NCBI GenBank assembly: GCA_964650355.1
Contig: CAZYTL010000007.1
Location: forward strand, 4,455 to 68,454
Direction: 5' to 3'
Source of the DNA: an uncultured Gammaproteobacteria bacterium
GTDB taxonomy: Bacteria > Patescibacteriota > Microgenomatia > CAYXHB01 > CAZYTL01
DNA: 64,000 nt
Shown here: positions 45,809-55,676 of the stretch, piece by piece
How positions within the stretch are numbered: position 1 is the stretch's first letter
How the letters are laid out: the number at the start of each line of letters is the position of its first letter
Made by a program: the position numbers and the translations under genes
The notes under the pieces: model-generated
Database searches by the model: none
What the model was told of the DNA's origin: nothing
What the model saw: only the letters and a program-made list of their open reading frames with translations

Positions 45809-46798
45809 CTACACTCCACAGCCACCGCCTCCGGATTGTACCTGAGGCAGGGACTTGATTTTCTTTCTGGTGGCGGCGTAACCCTGTCCGCTGGAGTAAT
45901 CAGCGCTTAGGGCCAATTTAGGATCAACCTGATTCCATTCCTGACCCTGTTCTTTGAAGTAGGTGGCCAAGTCCAAATAAGTTTGGGTAAACCAATAGCT
46001 ATTGACCGCCAAGGCGGTTTGATACATTTGATCTTTAGATGCGCCTTGGCTGGCCATTAGTTCCAGCAATCCCAACATCGCCATGCCGTGGTTGCAGTCC
46101 GGGAAATGAGTGCTGTTGCCGCAACAAGGTCGGTAAATGTTTTGAGAGACTTCGTCAACTAAGGCCTGTTGCTGGCTGGTTAAGGTAATGAAGGTATGTT
46201 TGCTGTAATGCTGCATGACATCGCCTTTGGCCAAGGTCCACCCACCGGTGGAAGCGAATTTGTCTGCTCCCCCGTAGCGGGGATCGGACATTTCTCCCTG
46301 GGTGAGAATGGGATTTTTGTTGCCCAAACCCAAAGCCCAGAAGAGGTCTAGGAGAAATCGGGAATTCTGCTGGTCGATTTTAACTGGTTGATCCCATTTT
46401 CCAGTAAGCATGGCTTCCTGGTCTTCCGGTAATTGGCCATTAAATAGTTGACGGAATTTGGTGACGTCAATTACGCCGGCATTGACCATTTGTTTGCCTA
46501 AATCACCCCAAGTAATGGGTAAAGTCACCCCTGCTTCCGGAGCTACTTGGGAAACTAAGGAGTTGACGTCAACTGGTGGCGATGGAGTAGGGGACAGGTT
46601 GTTGGTGGCGGTTTTGTTGGCCGTCTGAGTAGTCCCCTCTTTGGGTACGATATTTATTTCCAGTTGATAACGCTGGCTAAAAAATAAATAGGCTAACAAC
46701 AATCCACTGACTACCATCCAAGTGCTGGGTTTGTTCCATAAACTGGCCATGGGTTTAGGCGGCAATTCTTTTGGTTGGTCTTCGGACTTCTTATTCAT
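45809..46798 (-). CDS. Membrane-anchored Cys/His-motif hypothetical protein
   Basis: YRPCC.N...PDCNHGMA; C-terminal GGGGCGV. Confidence 0.7.
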   Translation of the reverse strand: MNKKSEDQPKELPPKPMASLWNKPSTWMVVSGLLLAYLFFSQRYQLEINIVPKEGTTQTANKTATNNLSPTPSPPVDVNSLVSQVAPEAGVTLPITWGDLGKQMVNAGVIDVTKFRQLFNGQLPEDQEAMLTGKWDQPVKIDQQNSRFLLDLFWALGLGNKNPILTQGEMSDPRYGGADKFASTGGWTLAKGDVMQHYSKHTFITLTSQQQALVDEVSQNIYRPCCGNSTHFPDCNHGMAMLGLLELMASQGASKDQMYQTALAVNSYWFTQTYLDLATYFKEQGQEWNQVDPKLALSADYSSGQGYAATRKKIKSLPQVQSGGGGCGV

Positions 46799-46959
46799 AA
46801 AATTTAATATTTTTAATTGTCCAGCAGTCTTTTATTTAATATCAAATTCGATTTCTTGAATATATTTATGGATGAAACCTAAACAAATTGCAAGAGGTAA
46901 TTTTTTACCTTACTAGAGGTGGTGGTATACCAAGGAGTAGTTTATCTGGCTATTAGATA

Positions 46960-47688
46960 TTAATAGCCAGGATATTTTTTTCCTTCGAGGGTTTCCCTGA
47001 TGTATTTTTCAGGATCGAATTCGATGTTAAAAACTTGTTTTAAGATGATTTTGGCAATGTAGGCGTTTCCCAACTGGTTGGGATGTTGCAGATCAGGCTC
47101 CCCGGCCTTGATGCCCTCTAGCGGATTGGCCTCGGACTGGAAAGTAAAAAACTTTTCCGTGGGGTATTGTTGGTAAAGGTTAAACATGTCGATTTTAAAG
47201 AAATTTTCCTGGTCAGGGATTTGCATCATGGCTTGAGCATAAGGTTTATATTCAGGATTTTTCTTAGAACCTTTGCCGGCCGGAGTGGAATTGCACCAAA
47301 TCAATTTTGAACCACTTTCTGTAACCAATTCTGAAATCCGTTTGATATTGGCTACGGATTGTTCAACGCTGACACCCATTACCGGATCGTTCCCGCCCAT
47401 CAAACCAATTACCAATTGGGGGTTAACCAAGAGCAGGTCGTCAATTCTTTCTAGAATGTCTTTGGTGGTGGCTCCGTCATAGGCAAAATTAAAACCCTTG
47501 ATCCCCCACTCTGCTGTTTTCCAATCCCCTTTTAGTAAAGCGGTTAATTCTTCTTGCAGCACGTAAATCACCATGTCTCTCCAGTTGGGATGCACCCATT
47601 CACAACTGGTGATCGAATCACCGGTAAACACAATCCAATACTTGCCTTTAACGAGTAGACTGGCACTAATGTCTGTTAACTGGATCAT
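46960..47688 (-). CDS. SGNH/GDSL hydrolase
   Basis: GDSIT, G.ND, D..HPN..G; ATG at 47688. Confidence 0.8.
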   Translation of the reverse strand: MIQLTDISASLLVKGKYWIVFTGDSITSCEWVHPNWRDMVIYVLQEELTALLKGDWKTAEWGIKGFNFAYDGATTKDILERIDDLLLVNPQLVIGLMGGNDPVMGVSVEQSVANIKRISELVTESGSKLIWCNSTPAGKGSKKNPEYKPYAQAMMQIPDQENFFKIDMFNLYQQYPTEKFFTFQSEANPLEGIKAGEPDLQHPNQLGNAYIAKIILKQVFNIEFDPEKYIRETLEGKKYPGY

Positions 47689-47693
47689 ATGTT

Positions 47694-48062
47694 TTACTTT
47701 AATATGTGATCGGCCAATTTCCAACCCGGTTGGGAATAACATTTAACCCAGGTTTCATCGCCTGCTGCCCAGTGGACTTGTCCTGGCTCGATAACTATTT
47801 CTTCGCCTACTTTTAATTCGTGTTTCTGATCGTCAATAATCAAAGTTAACTTTCCTTTGATCACTTTATATGTTTCTTGGCTTTGCTGATGAACATGAGG
47901 TGCGCTTTTGTCGATTACTGCCACAGCCAAACTATACTCGGGATGATCGGTTGCCGGCTTAACCTCACAAATAATTTCCGTGGGGTGATGTTCGTCATTT
48001 TTGACAATTTCTGCTTGAGGATATTTTTCTCTTAACTCTCCTACAACTAATTTGGTGTTCAT
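47694..48062 (-). CDS. Cupin domain protein
   Basis: HVH...ETY.V..G, PGQVH. Confidence 0.8.
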   Translation of the reverse strand: MNTKLVVGELREKYPQAEIVKNDEHHPTEIICEVKPATDHPEYSLAVAVIDKSAPHVHQQSQETYKVIKGKLTLIIDDQKHELKVGEEIVIEPGQVHWAAGDETWVKCYSQPGWKLADHILK

Positions 48063-48130
48063 GATTAAGAAATTTTCTTATTGCCTCAATGTGAGTTGTT
48101 AAATGTTAAGTAATTTGGGGTGATCATTAA

Positions 48131-48505
48131 CTATTCAGTTGAAGTATAAAATGAAATCAAATACCCATCCGGATCCTTGATAGTAAACTCTCTGTCTCCC
48201 CATGACTTGGTTTCGATTTTATCTACAACCGGGGCCTTTTCACTGATTTGCTTCCACTTGCTGTCAACGTCGTTAACTTGAACGAAAAATTGCACCCCGG
48301 ATCCGCCAAGGTTTCGAGAGCGAAATTTTTTATTACTTGCTCTGCTAACCACCAGCATTAATTTTTGGTCGCCGATGAAGATCGGGGCGTATGTAGGGTT
48401 TTGTTTGTTGGGAAACAAATTACCCAGTCTAAAATCTAAAATCTTGGTGTAAAACTTAACAGATTTTTGTAAATCTGATACGTAAATCAGGGGTTCAAGT
48501 TTCAT
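48131..48505 (-). CDS. Glyoxalase/VOC family protein
   Basis: V.DL..SVKFY..ILDF; WGDREF...DPDG. Confidence 0.85.
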   Translation of the reverse strand: MKLEPLIYVSDLQKSVKFYTKILDFRLGNLFPNKQNPTYAPIFIGDQKLMLVVSRASNKKFRSRNLGGSGVQFFVQVNDVDSKWKQISEKAPVVDKIETKSWGDREFTIKDPDGYLISFYTSTE

Positions 48506-48513
48506 ATCAATCT

Positions 48514-48741
48514 TTATCCAACAAATTTAAACCTGGGCACCTGCTTACCTTTCACTTTAACTTTTTCAAGGAACATCTTTAGAGGTCTTATCCATAAGGC
48601 TTGCGGGCCAAACTCCTGACTGTCGTACAGAGCCTGATAGACCACCAACTCCTCCAGGGTTTCACTATGACGGGCTACACCAATCACTTGGTAAAACTTA
48701 CCCTTGTAATGCTGATATTTGCCTGATTTTATTTTTTTCAC
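48514..48741 (-). CDS. DUF1653 protein
   Basis: G.Y.HYKG..Y.V.GVA.HSET.E.LVVY.ALY, WIRP..MF; probable GTG start at 48741. Confidence 0.85.
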   Translation of the reverse strand: MKKIKSGKYQHYKGKFYQVIGVARHSETLEELVVYQALYDSQEFGPQALWIRPLKMFLEKVKVKGKQVPRFKFVG

Positions 48742-48742
48742 T

Positions 48743-49249
48743 TTATCCGGCTTTCTTTTGTTGATAAAACAGTGTTTCAATAGGCTGCAAGTCAGTCTTT
48801 GGTTCGTGACTGGAAACAGATTCGATGATCTGGCCTGCTTCTTTGTCTTCAAACATAATCACCCATTTACCCGGGTGCGTATTGAATCTGCATCCCGGGA
48901 AGAGCATATGATGATGCCAAGATTTGCCTGCTTCATTTAATTGTTGGGCCTTGGTTAAAATTTTAGCTGCTTGAGCAGAAGGCTGATCACTTTCAACTTC
49001 TACTTGAGAGTCTTTTACCACATCTCCGCCGTGCAATAATTTCACCAACTCCTTTCCAATATTCATATAAGGCTCGTCCGAATAACGAACAAAGGTCTCA
49101 TTATCTGAAGTATTTTCTAAAACCAAAGCGTAATTTTTTTTATCATTCAACTGACATTCAGGTGTCAAAATATGAAAATGCCACTGTTTGCCAGATTCCG
49201 AAAACTGCTTTGCCTTCGATTTAACTTCCTTTATTGTGACCGTCTCCAT
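48743..49249 (-). CDS. Hypothetical protein with a duplicated WHxHxLxPxCxxN domain
   Basis: WHFHILTPECQLN and WHHHMLFPGCRFN. Confidence 0.7.
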   Translation of the reverse strand: METVTIKEVKSKAKQFSESGKQWHFHILTPECQLNDKKNYALVLENTSDNETFVRYSDEPYMNIGKELVKLLHGGDVVKDSQVEVESDQPSAQAAKILTKAQQLNEAGKSWHHHMLFPGCRFNTHPGKWVIMFEDKEAGQIIESVSSHEPKTDLQPIETLFYQQKKAG

Positions 49250-49292
49250 TTCTTTTATTCTACCTTAAACTACGACTTAAATCTCCTATACG

Positions 49293-51512
49293 CTAGCTCA
49301 CCTCCAATTTGGCTTTGCGCAGGCTCAGGGCGTTGATGACCACGATCACTGAAGACAAACTCATGAGTAAAGCCCCGACGGCAGGGGTTAACCTGAATCC
49401 CCAGGGAATAAATAAGCCTGCGGCTGAAGGGATAGCCAGCACGTTGTAACCTATTGCCCAGAAAAGGTTTTCTACCATTTTGCGATAGACTTTCCGGGAG
49501 AGGACAATCAAGCGCACAATGTGTTGAGGATTGCTTTGGGTAAGCACCAAGTCGCCGGCTTCCACGGCCACGTCTGTGCCGGCGCCAATGGCTACTCCGG
49601 CGTTCGCCTGAGTCAGGGCAGGGGCATCATTAACTCCGTCTCCGGCCATGAGCACCACATTGCCCTCGTCCTGCAGTTTCTTAATGTGTTTGTATTTGTC
49701 TTCGGGCAAAACTTGGGCAAACACAGTATCAATGCCCAATTCTTTAGCCACGGGTTGGGCGGCGGACTGGGTATCGCCGGTCAGCATGGCCACTTTGACT
49801 CCTAGTCTATGTAGTTCCTCAACCGCGGTGCGGGATTCTTCTTTAATCTGATCGCTTAAGGCAATTACTCCTAAAATTTGTTTTTGGTCAGCCACAAATA
49901 CAGGAGTTTTTCCCCCGGCTGCCAGATCTTTCAATACTGATTCGACCTGGTCGTTCCATAATCTATGTTCCTGCATCAGAGTTTGGTTGCCGATCAAATA
50001 GGGTTGTTTGCCAATGACGGCATGAATACCTTTGCCGGCCAAATTCTTAAACTTACTGACTTTCTTGAGTTTGACACGGTGGTCTTTGGCATATTTAACA
50101 ATGGCTAACCCGATTACGTGCGATGACTGCTCTTCCAAGGACGCTGCGATTTGTAAAATTGAATTTTGCGTTTTAGTTAATTTTTGATTTTTCTGTTTAA
50201 TGTTTATAACTTCCGTGACTCCGAATTCTCCTTTAGTCAAGGTTCCGGTTTTATCAAACACCACATAATCGGCGTCTTTGACCACTTCGATCTTGGCCAT
50301 GTCTTTGATGAACACCCCGTTGTTAACTGCCAGTTTGGTGGCGATGGTGGACACGGTGGGAATAGCCAAGCCCAGAGCATGAGGGCAGGCGATCACGAGT
50401 ACGGTAATTGCCAAGGTGATGGCGAAGACTAGAGGCTGGCCGATAATCACTGACCAAACGAATAAGGCCAGGATAGAGACAGACAAAGCTGAAAAAGTTA
50501 ACCATTTGGCTGCCCTGTCAGCTAATTTTTGCGCCGAAGGTTTGGTTTGTTGGGCAGTAGTAATCAGTTTTTGAATCTGGCCGATGGTGGAGGACTCCCC
50601 TACTCTTAAGAGCTTCACTTCTACGGAGCCGTCAAGGCTGATGGCTCCGGCCACCACTTTCGCTCCTTTGCCTTTTTCCACGGGTTTTGATTCGCCGGAA
50701 ATATGGGCTTCGTTAAAGTTGGCTGATCCTTTGACGATTTGGCCGTCAGCCGGAACTTTTTCTCCGGGTTTGATTAACACCACGTCTCCTGTTTTAAGTT
50801 TCTCCAGCTCAACTTCTTTAACTCCTTTGGGTGTCTTCAAATGGGCTTGTTTCGGTAGCAGTTTGGCCACTTCCTGGAGGGCATTTCCGGCGGCGGTGGA
50901 TGATTTGGCCTCCAGAAAATGCCCGAACAACAATACCCAGATTAAAGTAGAAATCTCTAAATAAAATTCCACGTTCAAAGCGGGAATGAAAGTCGAGGCC
51001 GCTGAAAACAAATAACCGGCACCCACACCTAATGAGACTAAGGTCATCATGCCGTATTGTTTGGCCATGATTTCGTGTCTGGCGTGTTGGAAGAAAACCA
51101 AACCGAAGTAGAAAATGGCTGTAGCAATGGCAAATTCTAAATAATGCCGCCCGGAAAAGTCAGGGGCGTGCAAGTATTTGACTGCCGGAGAGCTAAACAA
51201 AGCCAAAGGCACCAATAAGAAGGTAACAATAAAAAATCTGCTGAGGAAGTCCTGGGCAGCGCCAGGCCCGGACATCATACTGTCATGATCATGCATAGCA
51301 TGGTCATGATGCAGATTTCCGCCATGGTCAGCGTGTTCCATGTGGTGCTGATGGTCGCCGGCAGAATTTTGTGCTTTCACTAAATCCATGCCGCACTGTG
51401 GACACTTTCCGGGTTTGTCTGACACGACTTTGGGGTGCATGGGGCACGTGTATGCCTGATCTGCATAAGTCATATCCGTATCTGACTCTATGTGGCCTGG
51501 ACAACAAGACAT
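49293..51512 (-). CDS. copB: Copper-translocating P1B-type ATPase (CPH, CopB-like)
   Basis: YTCPMHP..CPQCGM, His-rich N-terminus, SGES, CPH, DKTGT, GDGVND, YN, MSLSS. Confidence 0.88.
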   Translation of the reverse strand: MSCCPGHIESDTDMTYADQAYTCPMHPKVVSDKPGKCPQCGMDLVKAQNSAGDHQHHMEHADHGGNLHHDHAMHDHDSMMSGPGAAQDFLSRFFIVTFLLVPLALFSSPAVKYLHAPDFSGRHYLEFAIATAIFYFGLVFFQHARHEIMAKQYGMMTLVSLGVGAGYLFSAASTFIPALNVEFYLEISTLIWVLLFGHFLEAKSSTAAGNALQEVAKLLPKQAHLKTPKGVKEVELEKLKTGDVVLIKPGEKVPADGQIVKGSANFNEAHISGESKPVEKGKGAKVVAGAISLDGSVEVKLLRVGESSTIGQIQKLITTAQQTKPSAQKLADRAAKWLTFSALSVSILALFVWSVIIGQPLVFAITLAITVLVIACPHALGLAIPTVSTIATKLAVNNGVFIKDMAKIEVVKDADYVVFDKTGTLTKGEFGVTEVINIKQKNQKLTKTQNSILQIAASLEEQSSHVIGLAIVKYAKDHRVKLKKVSKFKNLAGKGIHAVIGKQPYLIGNQTLMQEHRLWNDQVESVLKDLAAGGKTPVFVADQKQILGVIALSDQIKEESRTAVEELHRLGVKVAMLTGDTQSAAQPVAKELGIDTVFAQVLPEDKYKHIKKLQDEGNVVLMAGDGVNDAPALTQANAGVAIGAGTDVAVEAGDLVLTQSNPQHIVRLIVLSRKVYRKMVENLFWAIGYNVLAIPSAAGLFIPWGFRLTPAVGALLMSLSSVIVVINALSLRKAKLEVS

Positions 51513-51524
51513 ATGAATAGTTGA

Positions 51525-51803
51525 TCAAGTGGTTTTGGAAACCCGGGTATAAACTTTAAGCAATTCTTTGATGGCCTTTTTGGGCTGCTTGACGAACTGC
51601 TGCTTAACATGGGTACGCAAGTGATGATCCAGGATTACGGTATTCAAACTCTTTAAAGAATTTTGGATGGCAAAACTTTGGTCCAGGACGTTAATACAAT
51701 ATTCATCCTGATCGATGAGTTTGTAAAGTCCATCCAGTTGGCCCTTGAGAATGTTGATGCGTTTTTGAATGGAGTGTTTATAAGCATCGGTAGTCTGATT
51801 CAC
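51525..51803 (-). CDS. CsoR/RcnR family repressor (C-H-H ligand set)
   Basis: RINILKGQL.GL, YC..VL.Q, HL.TH. Confidence 0.85.
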   Translation of the reverse strand: MNQTTDAYKHSIQKRINILKGQLDGLYKLIDQDEYCINVLDQSFAIQNSLKSLNTVILDHHLRTHVKQQFVKQPKKAIKELLKVYTRVSKTT

Positions 51804-51814
51804 GAATATACCAT

Positions 51815-51873
51815 ATACCCCCTAGGGGTATCTTGTCAAACTGTGCTTGACATCGTATAGGGGCGGGGGTATA
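51815..51873. promoter_or_regulatory. Back-to-back promoters with CsoR-type G/C-tract operators
   Basis: ATACCCCCTAGGGGTAT (51815-51831) and TATAGGGGCGGGGGTATA (51856-51873); divergent TTGACA at 51834-39 (-) and 51847-52 (+). Confidence 0.75.
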
Positions 51874-51882
51874 TTGCAATTT

Positions 51883-52149
51883 ATGCAGCATTCGCATCAG
51901 GACCGTAAGCATGAGACGATTAATCATATTAACCGCATCCTGGGTCAGTTAAAAAGCCTGAAAAATTATGTTGAAACAGACAAAGACTGCGAGCAAATAG
52001 CTTCTCTGACCACCTCTGTTTCCAAATCATTCAGTACCCTGCGGGCCAGAACCTTAGAAGGCTTTATTTTAAATGAAATAGCCACTAAAGATACTCAGAA
52101 AAATAAAATAGAACAATTGAAAAGATTAATGAATTTATATAAAAAATGA
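51883..52149 (+). CDS. Second CsoR-like protein (degenerate ligands)
   Basis: HINRILGQL..L, DC; ATG at 51883 lies 7 nt after the -10. Confidence 0.75.
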   Translation: MQHSHQDRKHETINHINRILGQLKSLKNYVETDKDCEQIASLTTSVSKSFSTLRARTLEGFILNEIATKDTQKNKIEQLKRLMNLYKK

Positions 52150-52793
52150 AATATAAGCTGATAATTATTGCGGGAGTGGCAATCTTGCTGGGATTTGCTG
52201 GCGGTTATTTTTTGAAGCCCGACCAAATATCCCGCACTGAAGTTGAGCCCCAGACTAATAATCCCCTACTCTCACCTTACTCAGGCCAAGAAACACGAAC
52301 GATTAAATCCCTGTCTCAACCCGAAATTGAAGGCTTATTGGCGGGCGAAGGTACTCCGTTTGGCGGTATGGCTAAGCTGGCAGAACTAAACGGCTATCCT
52401 GGTCCCCGACATGTGCTGGATATGAAAGACGAACTGGGGTTAACTGAGTCCCAAACCAACGCTGTCGAGAAATATTTCCAGGAAATGAAATCGGAGGCGG
52501 TTAAACTAGGCACGCAAATCATAGATAAAGAGATCCAACTGAACACTGACTTTGCCAACCACAAAATTACTGAAGACAGGCTAAAGAGCGGCATTGATGA
52601 AAGCGCTAATATTTATGCCGCTTTAAGGTTTGTTCATCTTAAATATCATTTAGCCACTATGGGCATCTTAAACGAAGATCAAATTGCCAAGTACAATGAA
52701 CTAAGAGGATACACAGGATCAACCAATCCCTGCAATCATGTTCCTGACGGGCACGACCCGGAATTATGGAAAATGCATAATAACTGTCCTTGA
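52146..52793 (+). CDS. Spy/CpxP-like exported helical protein
   Basis: AELNGYPGPRHVL, LGLT..Q, HL..H, L..DQ...YN.LRGY. Confidence 0.65.
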   Translation: MKYKLIIIAGVAILLGFAGGYFLKPDQISRTEVEPQTNNPLLSPYSGQETRTIKSLSQPEIEGLLAGEGTPFGGMAKLAELNGYPGPRHVLDMKDELGLTESQTNAVEKYFQEMKSEAVKLGTQIIDKEIQLNTDFANHKITEDRLKSGIDESANIYAALRFVHLKYHLATMGILNEDQIAKYNELRGYTGSTNPCNHVPDGHDPELWKMHNNCP

Positions 52794-52896
52794 ACAAATG
52801 AGTTTTCGTCCCTCCATCTTCGCCTTTTGGTAAGGCTCGTTGCTTGACTCTGGCACTAAAAATAATTAACCTGGGGTTAGGGAACGAGAGAAAGAT

Positions 52897-53838
52897 ATGG
52901 GTAAAAAACATAAATCCGTGAATACCGAAGCAGACAAAGTGGCCATTATTGGTTGCGGAAACGTAGGAGCGACAACTGCTTTCACTTTGTTGATTGAAGG
53001 GATTGCCAACGAGCTAGTACTGCTATCCAGAACCAAAGAAAAGGCGGTGGGGGAAAAACTAGATCTGGAACACGGACTGCCTTTTCTTGAACACACCAGG
53101 ATTATTGCCACCGACGACTACCAGGATATTGTTGGTTCGGATGTGGTGGTGATTACTGCCGGCATCAAACAAAAACCGGGCCAGACCCGGCTGGATGTGG
53201 CTGGTCAGAATACTAAAATCATCGAAACCATCATTCCTCAAATTCTCCATCATGCCCCGGATGCGGTGATCGTGATTGTTTCCAACCCGGTAGATGTGCT
53301 TACCTACAAAGCCGCAACTATTTCTAAAGGGCACCAAGGTAAAATTTTTGGTACAGGCACTACCTTGGATACTGCCCGTTTCCGCTTTCATCTGTCTGAG
53401 TTTCTCAAAGTAAATCCCAGGAGTATTCATACTTACATCCTGGGGGAGCATGGAGACAGTTCATTTCCTGCTCTGTCCAACGCCACAGTCGGAGGACAAC
53501 CGATCGCCGGATTTCCTAACTACTCAAAACAAAAGGCTGAGGAAGCCTTCAAAAAAGCCCAAACTGCTGCCTACAAAATCATCAACGCCAAAGGCGCCAC
53601 TTTTTACGCCATCGCAGTTGTGGTTGCCAGAATCGTGGCTAATGTCCTCAGGGATTCGCATAGCGTGCTTCCGGTTTCAGTGCCCCTCACCGATTACTAT
53701 GGTCATAGCGGGGTTGCTTTAAGCGTGCCCTGTGTGATTGGCAGAAACGGCATTGAAAAAGTCATCCATCTGCCTCTCTCTACTACTGAACGGAAATTAC
53801 TCACCAAATCAGTCCACACCCTCAAGAAATATCTCTGA
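52897..53838 (+). CDS. ldh: L-lactate dehydrogenase
   Basis: GCGNVG, QKPGQTRLD, SNPVD, GTTLDTARFR, GEHGDS. Confidence 0.9.
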   Translation: MGKKHKSVNTEADKVAIIGCGNVGATTAFTLLIEGIANELVLLSRTKEKAVGEKLDLEHGLPFLEHTRIIATDDYQDIVGSDVVVITAGIKQKPGQTRLDVAGQNTKIIETIIPQILHHAPDAVIVIVSNPVDVLTYKAATISKGHQGKIFGTGTTLDTARFRFHLSEFLKVNPRSIHTYILGEHGDSSFPALSNATVGGQPIAGFPNYSKQKAEEAFKKAQTAAYKIINAKGATFYAIAVVVARIVANVLRDSHSVLPVSVPLTDYYGHSGVALSVPCVIGRNGIEKVIHLPLSTTERKLLTKSVHTLKKYL

Positions 53839-53909
53839 AGAACACTTGAAACTAATTAGCTTCCGACTTTTTATCCTAGCATTTGTTATCTGCGGATGAA
53901 CATTAATTT

Positions 53910-54134
53910 ATGCCGAATGACATCATCACTTACGCAACTTTGACTTGCCCTCAGTGCGGTCACGAGCAGTCTGTAAGTATGCCTACAAATGCTTGCCAAT
54001 ATTTTTATGAGTGTGTAGCTTGTCACGCCAGGCTGGCTCCCAAACCAGGTGATTGTTGTGTGTTTTGCTCTTATGCAGATCGAAAATGTCCGATTAAGCA
54101 GAAAGAAGCGCTTGATGAAGGAGAGGCTGGATAA
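53910..54134 (+). CDS. GDCCVxC domain protein
   Basis: CPQCGH...MPTNACQYFYEC..C...PKPGDCCVFCSY. Confidence 0.85.
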   Translation: MPNDIITYATLTCPQCGHEQSVSMPTNACQYFYECVACHARLAPKPGDCCVFCSYADRKCPIKQKEALDEGEAG

Positions 54135-54137
54135 GAT

Positions 54138-54911
54138 TTATTGAGGATGGTGGTCAATGCCCCGGTATTTTTTGATGAAGCGCTGAACGCGGTCATGGTC
54201 GAAGTCGTTAAACTTATCGATTCTGGTCCAGGCCGTGAGGGCGATACGAGTATCCAGTTTGGGATAAGGGGCCAAGATCACATGATCCGCATATTGATTA
54301 ACGATATTGGTTAGCTCAGTAATTAATAGTTGGCATTCAGGACTGGCTTCAGGTGCTGGTTGAGCGCTGGCTGTGGATTCTACTGGTTGAGTTTCACCTG
54401 TGCCTGCCTGGGCGATGGCAATTCCGGTAGAGTCCAGCATTTGTAGATCCCCGCTGCCGTCACCAGCAGGCGGAGTCAATTCAACTGTGATATTTTCTCC
54501 GGTGGTAGAGTTTGGTTCACAATTATATTGGACCATGACTCCCCCGTCTTCTAAGTTATGCACCTGCAGCTCGTCAGGGATGGATTGGTCATGAATACCC
54601 CAGACTGCCAGCTGATCAAGGTGAGGACCTGAGGTGGGGGGATTGGAATTATAAGGCTCGTGTTGCGCATCCAGAGAAGGAATATGCGCGTTACCTAAGC
54701 TGGGCACGAGTTGCCCGGGTAGTGGCTGCAACAAGTTGGTATATGCCCACCACCCTAAACCAATGAGCAAAACTACACCGATTAAGCCGATAGCGTACTT
54801 GGTCAATTTGCCTTTCTTGGCTGTAGCTTCCCTTTGTTCACGTTTCCACTGGCGTTTCCATTTTTTACGCTCAGCTTTGGTCATTTGCTGCCAGTTGTCG
54901 GGGTGTTTCAT
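54138..54911 (-). CDS. DUF3105 membrane-anchored protein
   Basis: YNSNPPTSGPH, VHNLEDG, LTAW. Confidence 0.75.
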   Translation of the reverse strand: MKHPDNWQQMTKAERKKWKRQWKREQREATAKKGKLTKYAIGLIGVVLLIGLGWWAYTNLLQPLPGQLVPSLGNAHIPSLDAQHEPYNSNPPTSGPHLDQLAVWGIHDQSIPDELQVHNLEDGGVMVQYNCEPNSTTGENITVELTPPAGDGSGDLQMLDSTGIAIAQAGTGETQPVESTASAQPAPEASPECQLLITELTNIVNQYADHVILAPYPKLDTRIALTAWTRIDKFNDFDHDRVQRFIKKYRGIDHHPQ

Positions 54912-54921
54912 AAATCCGGGT

Positions 54922-55662
54922 TTACTGTCTGAATTGTATGAGCCTGGCTGCGCTGCCAAAGCGGTTTAAAAAGTATCCGGACAGCAAGCCGAAATTTCCG
55001 CTTAATACCAGCAAGCCATAGACAATCACTACTCCACCGGCAGCTCGATTAAGAAGATATGAGTAATGATTGATTTTCCTTATTATAGGGGATATTTTAT
55101 CAAAAAGTAAACCCAAAGCAACGAAAGGCAGAGCTAGACCAAGAGAAAATAAAATTAAGAGTAAAGCTCCTTGAGTAAAAGTGGCCTGAGAAGCAACCCA
55201 AAACAAAATGGCCGCCAATACCGGTCCAATGCAAGGCGTCCAGGCCAGGCCAAAAGTGATGCCCAAGAGAACTGCTCCTTGAGAGTGAATGGCGTCTTTA
55301 GGGAAAGAGCTACCTGGGTTTTTGTTCAGCCAAGGTAAATTAATAATCTGGGACATTTGTAACCCAAAAACGATTAACACCAATCCGCTGAATTTTTGCA
55401 GAAGGGGACGATAGACAGACAAAAGTCTGAAAAAAGTGTTGACCGTCAGACCAAGTGACAGAAATACCAGCAAGAAACCAGCGACGAAGAATAAGGCGTT
55501 CTTAGTAAATACCCGTTTTTGATGATTGGTTAAATCTTGAGGTAAACTACCAGCCAAATAACTAATGTAGATCGGAGCCATGGGTGCCAAGCAACCGGTA
55601 AAAAAGGTTAAAATTCCGGCCGCAAAAGCAATTCCCAGATTAAGTAGAGTCACAGGTACCAT
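54922..55662 (-). CDS. ccdA: CcdA family protein
   Basis: GC.AP...Y and WTPCIGP.L. Confidence 0.85.
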   Translation of the reverse strand: MVPVTLLNLGIAFAAGILTFFTGCLAPMAPIYISYLAGSLPQDLTNHQKRVFTKNALFFVAGFLLVFLSLGLTVNTFFRLLSVYRPLLQKFSGLVLIVFGLQMSQIINLPWLNKNPGSSFPKDAIHSQGAVLLGITFGLAWTPCIGPVLAAILFWVASQATFTQGALLLILFSLGLALPFVALGLLFDKISPIIRKINHYSYLLNRAAGGVVIVYGLLVLSGNFGLLSGYFLNRFGSAARLIQFRQ

Positions 55663-55676
55663 TGATAGGCATGATT

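Noticed and set aside
53910-54134. Selenoprotein
   Set aside because: All positions are Cys codons; there is no in-frame TGA.
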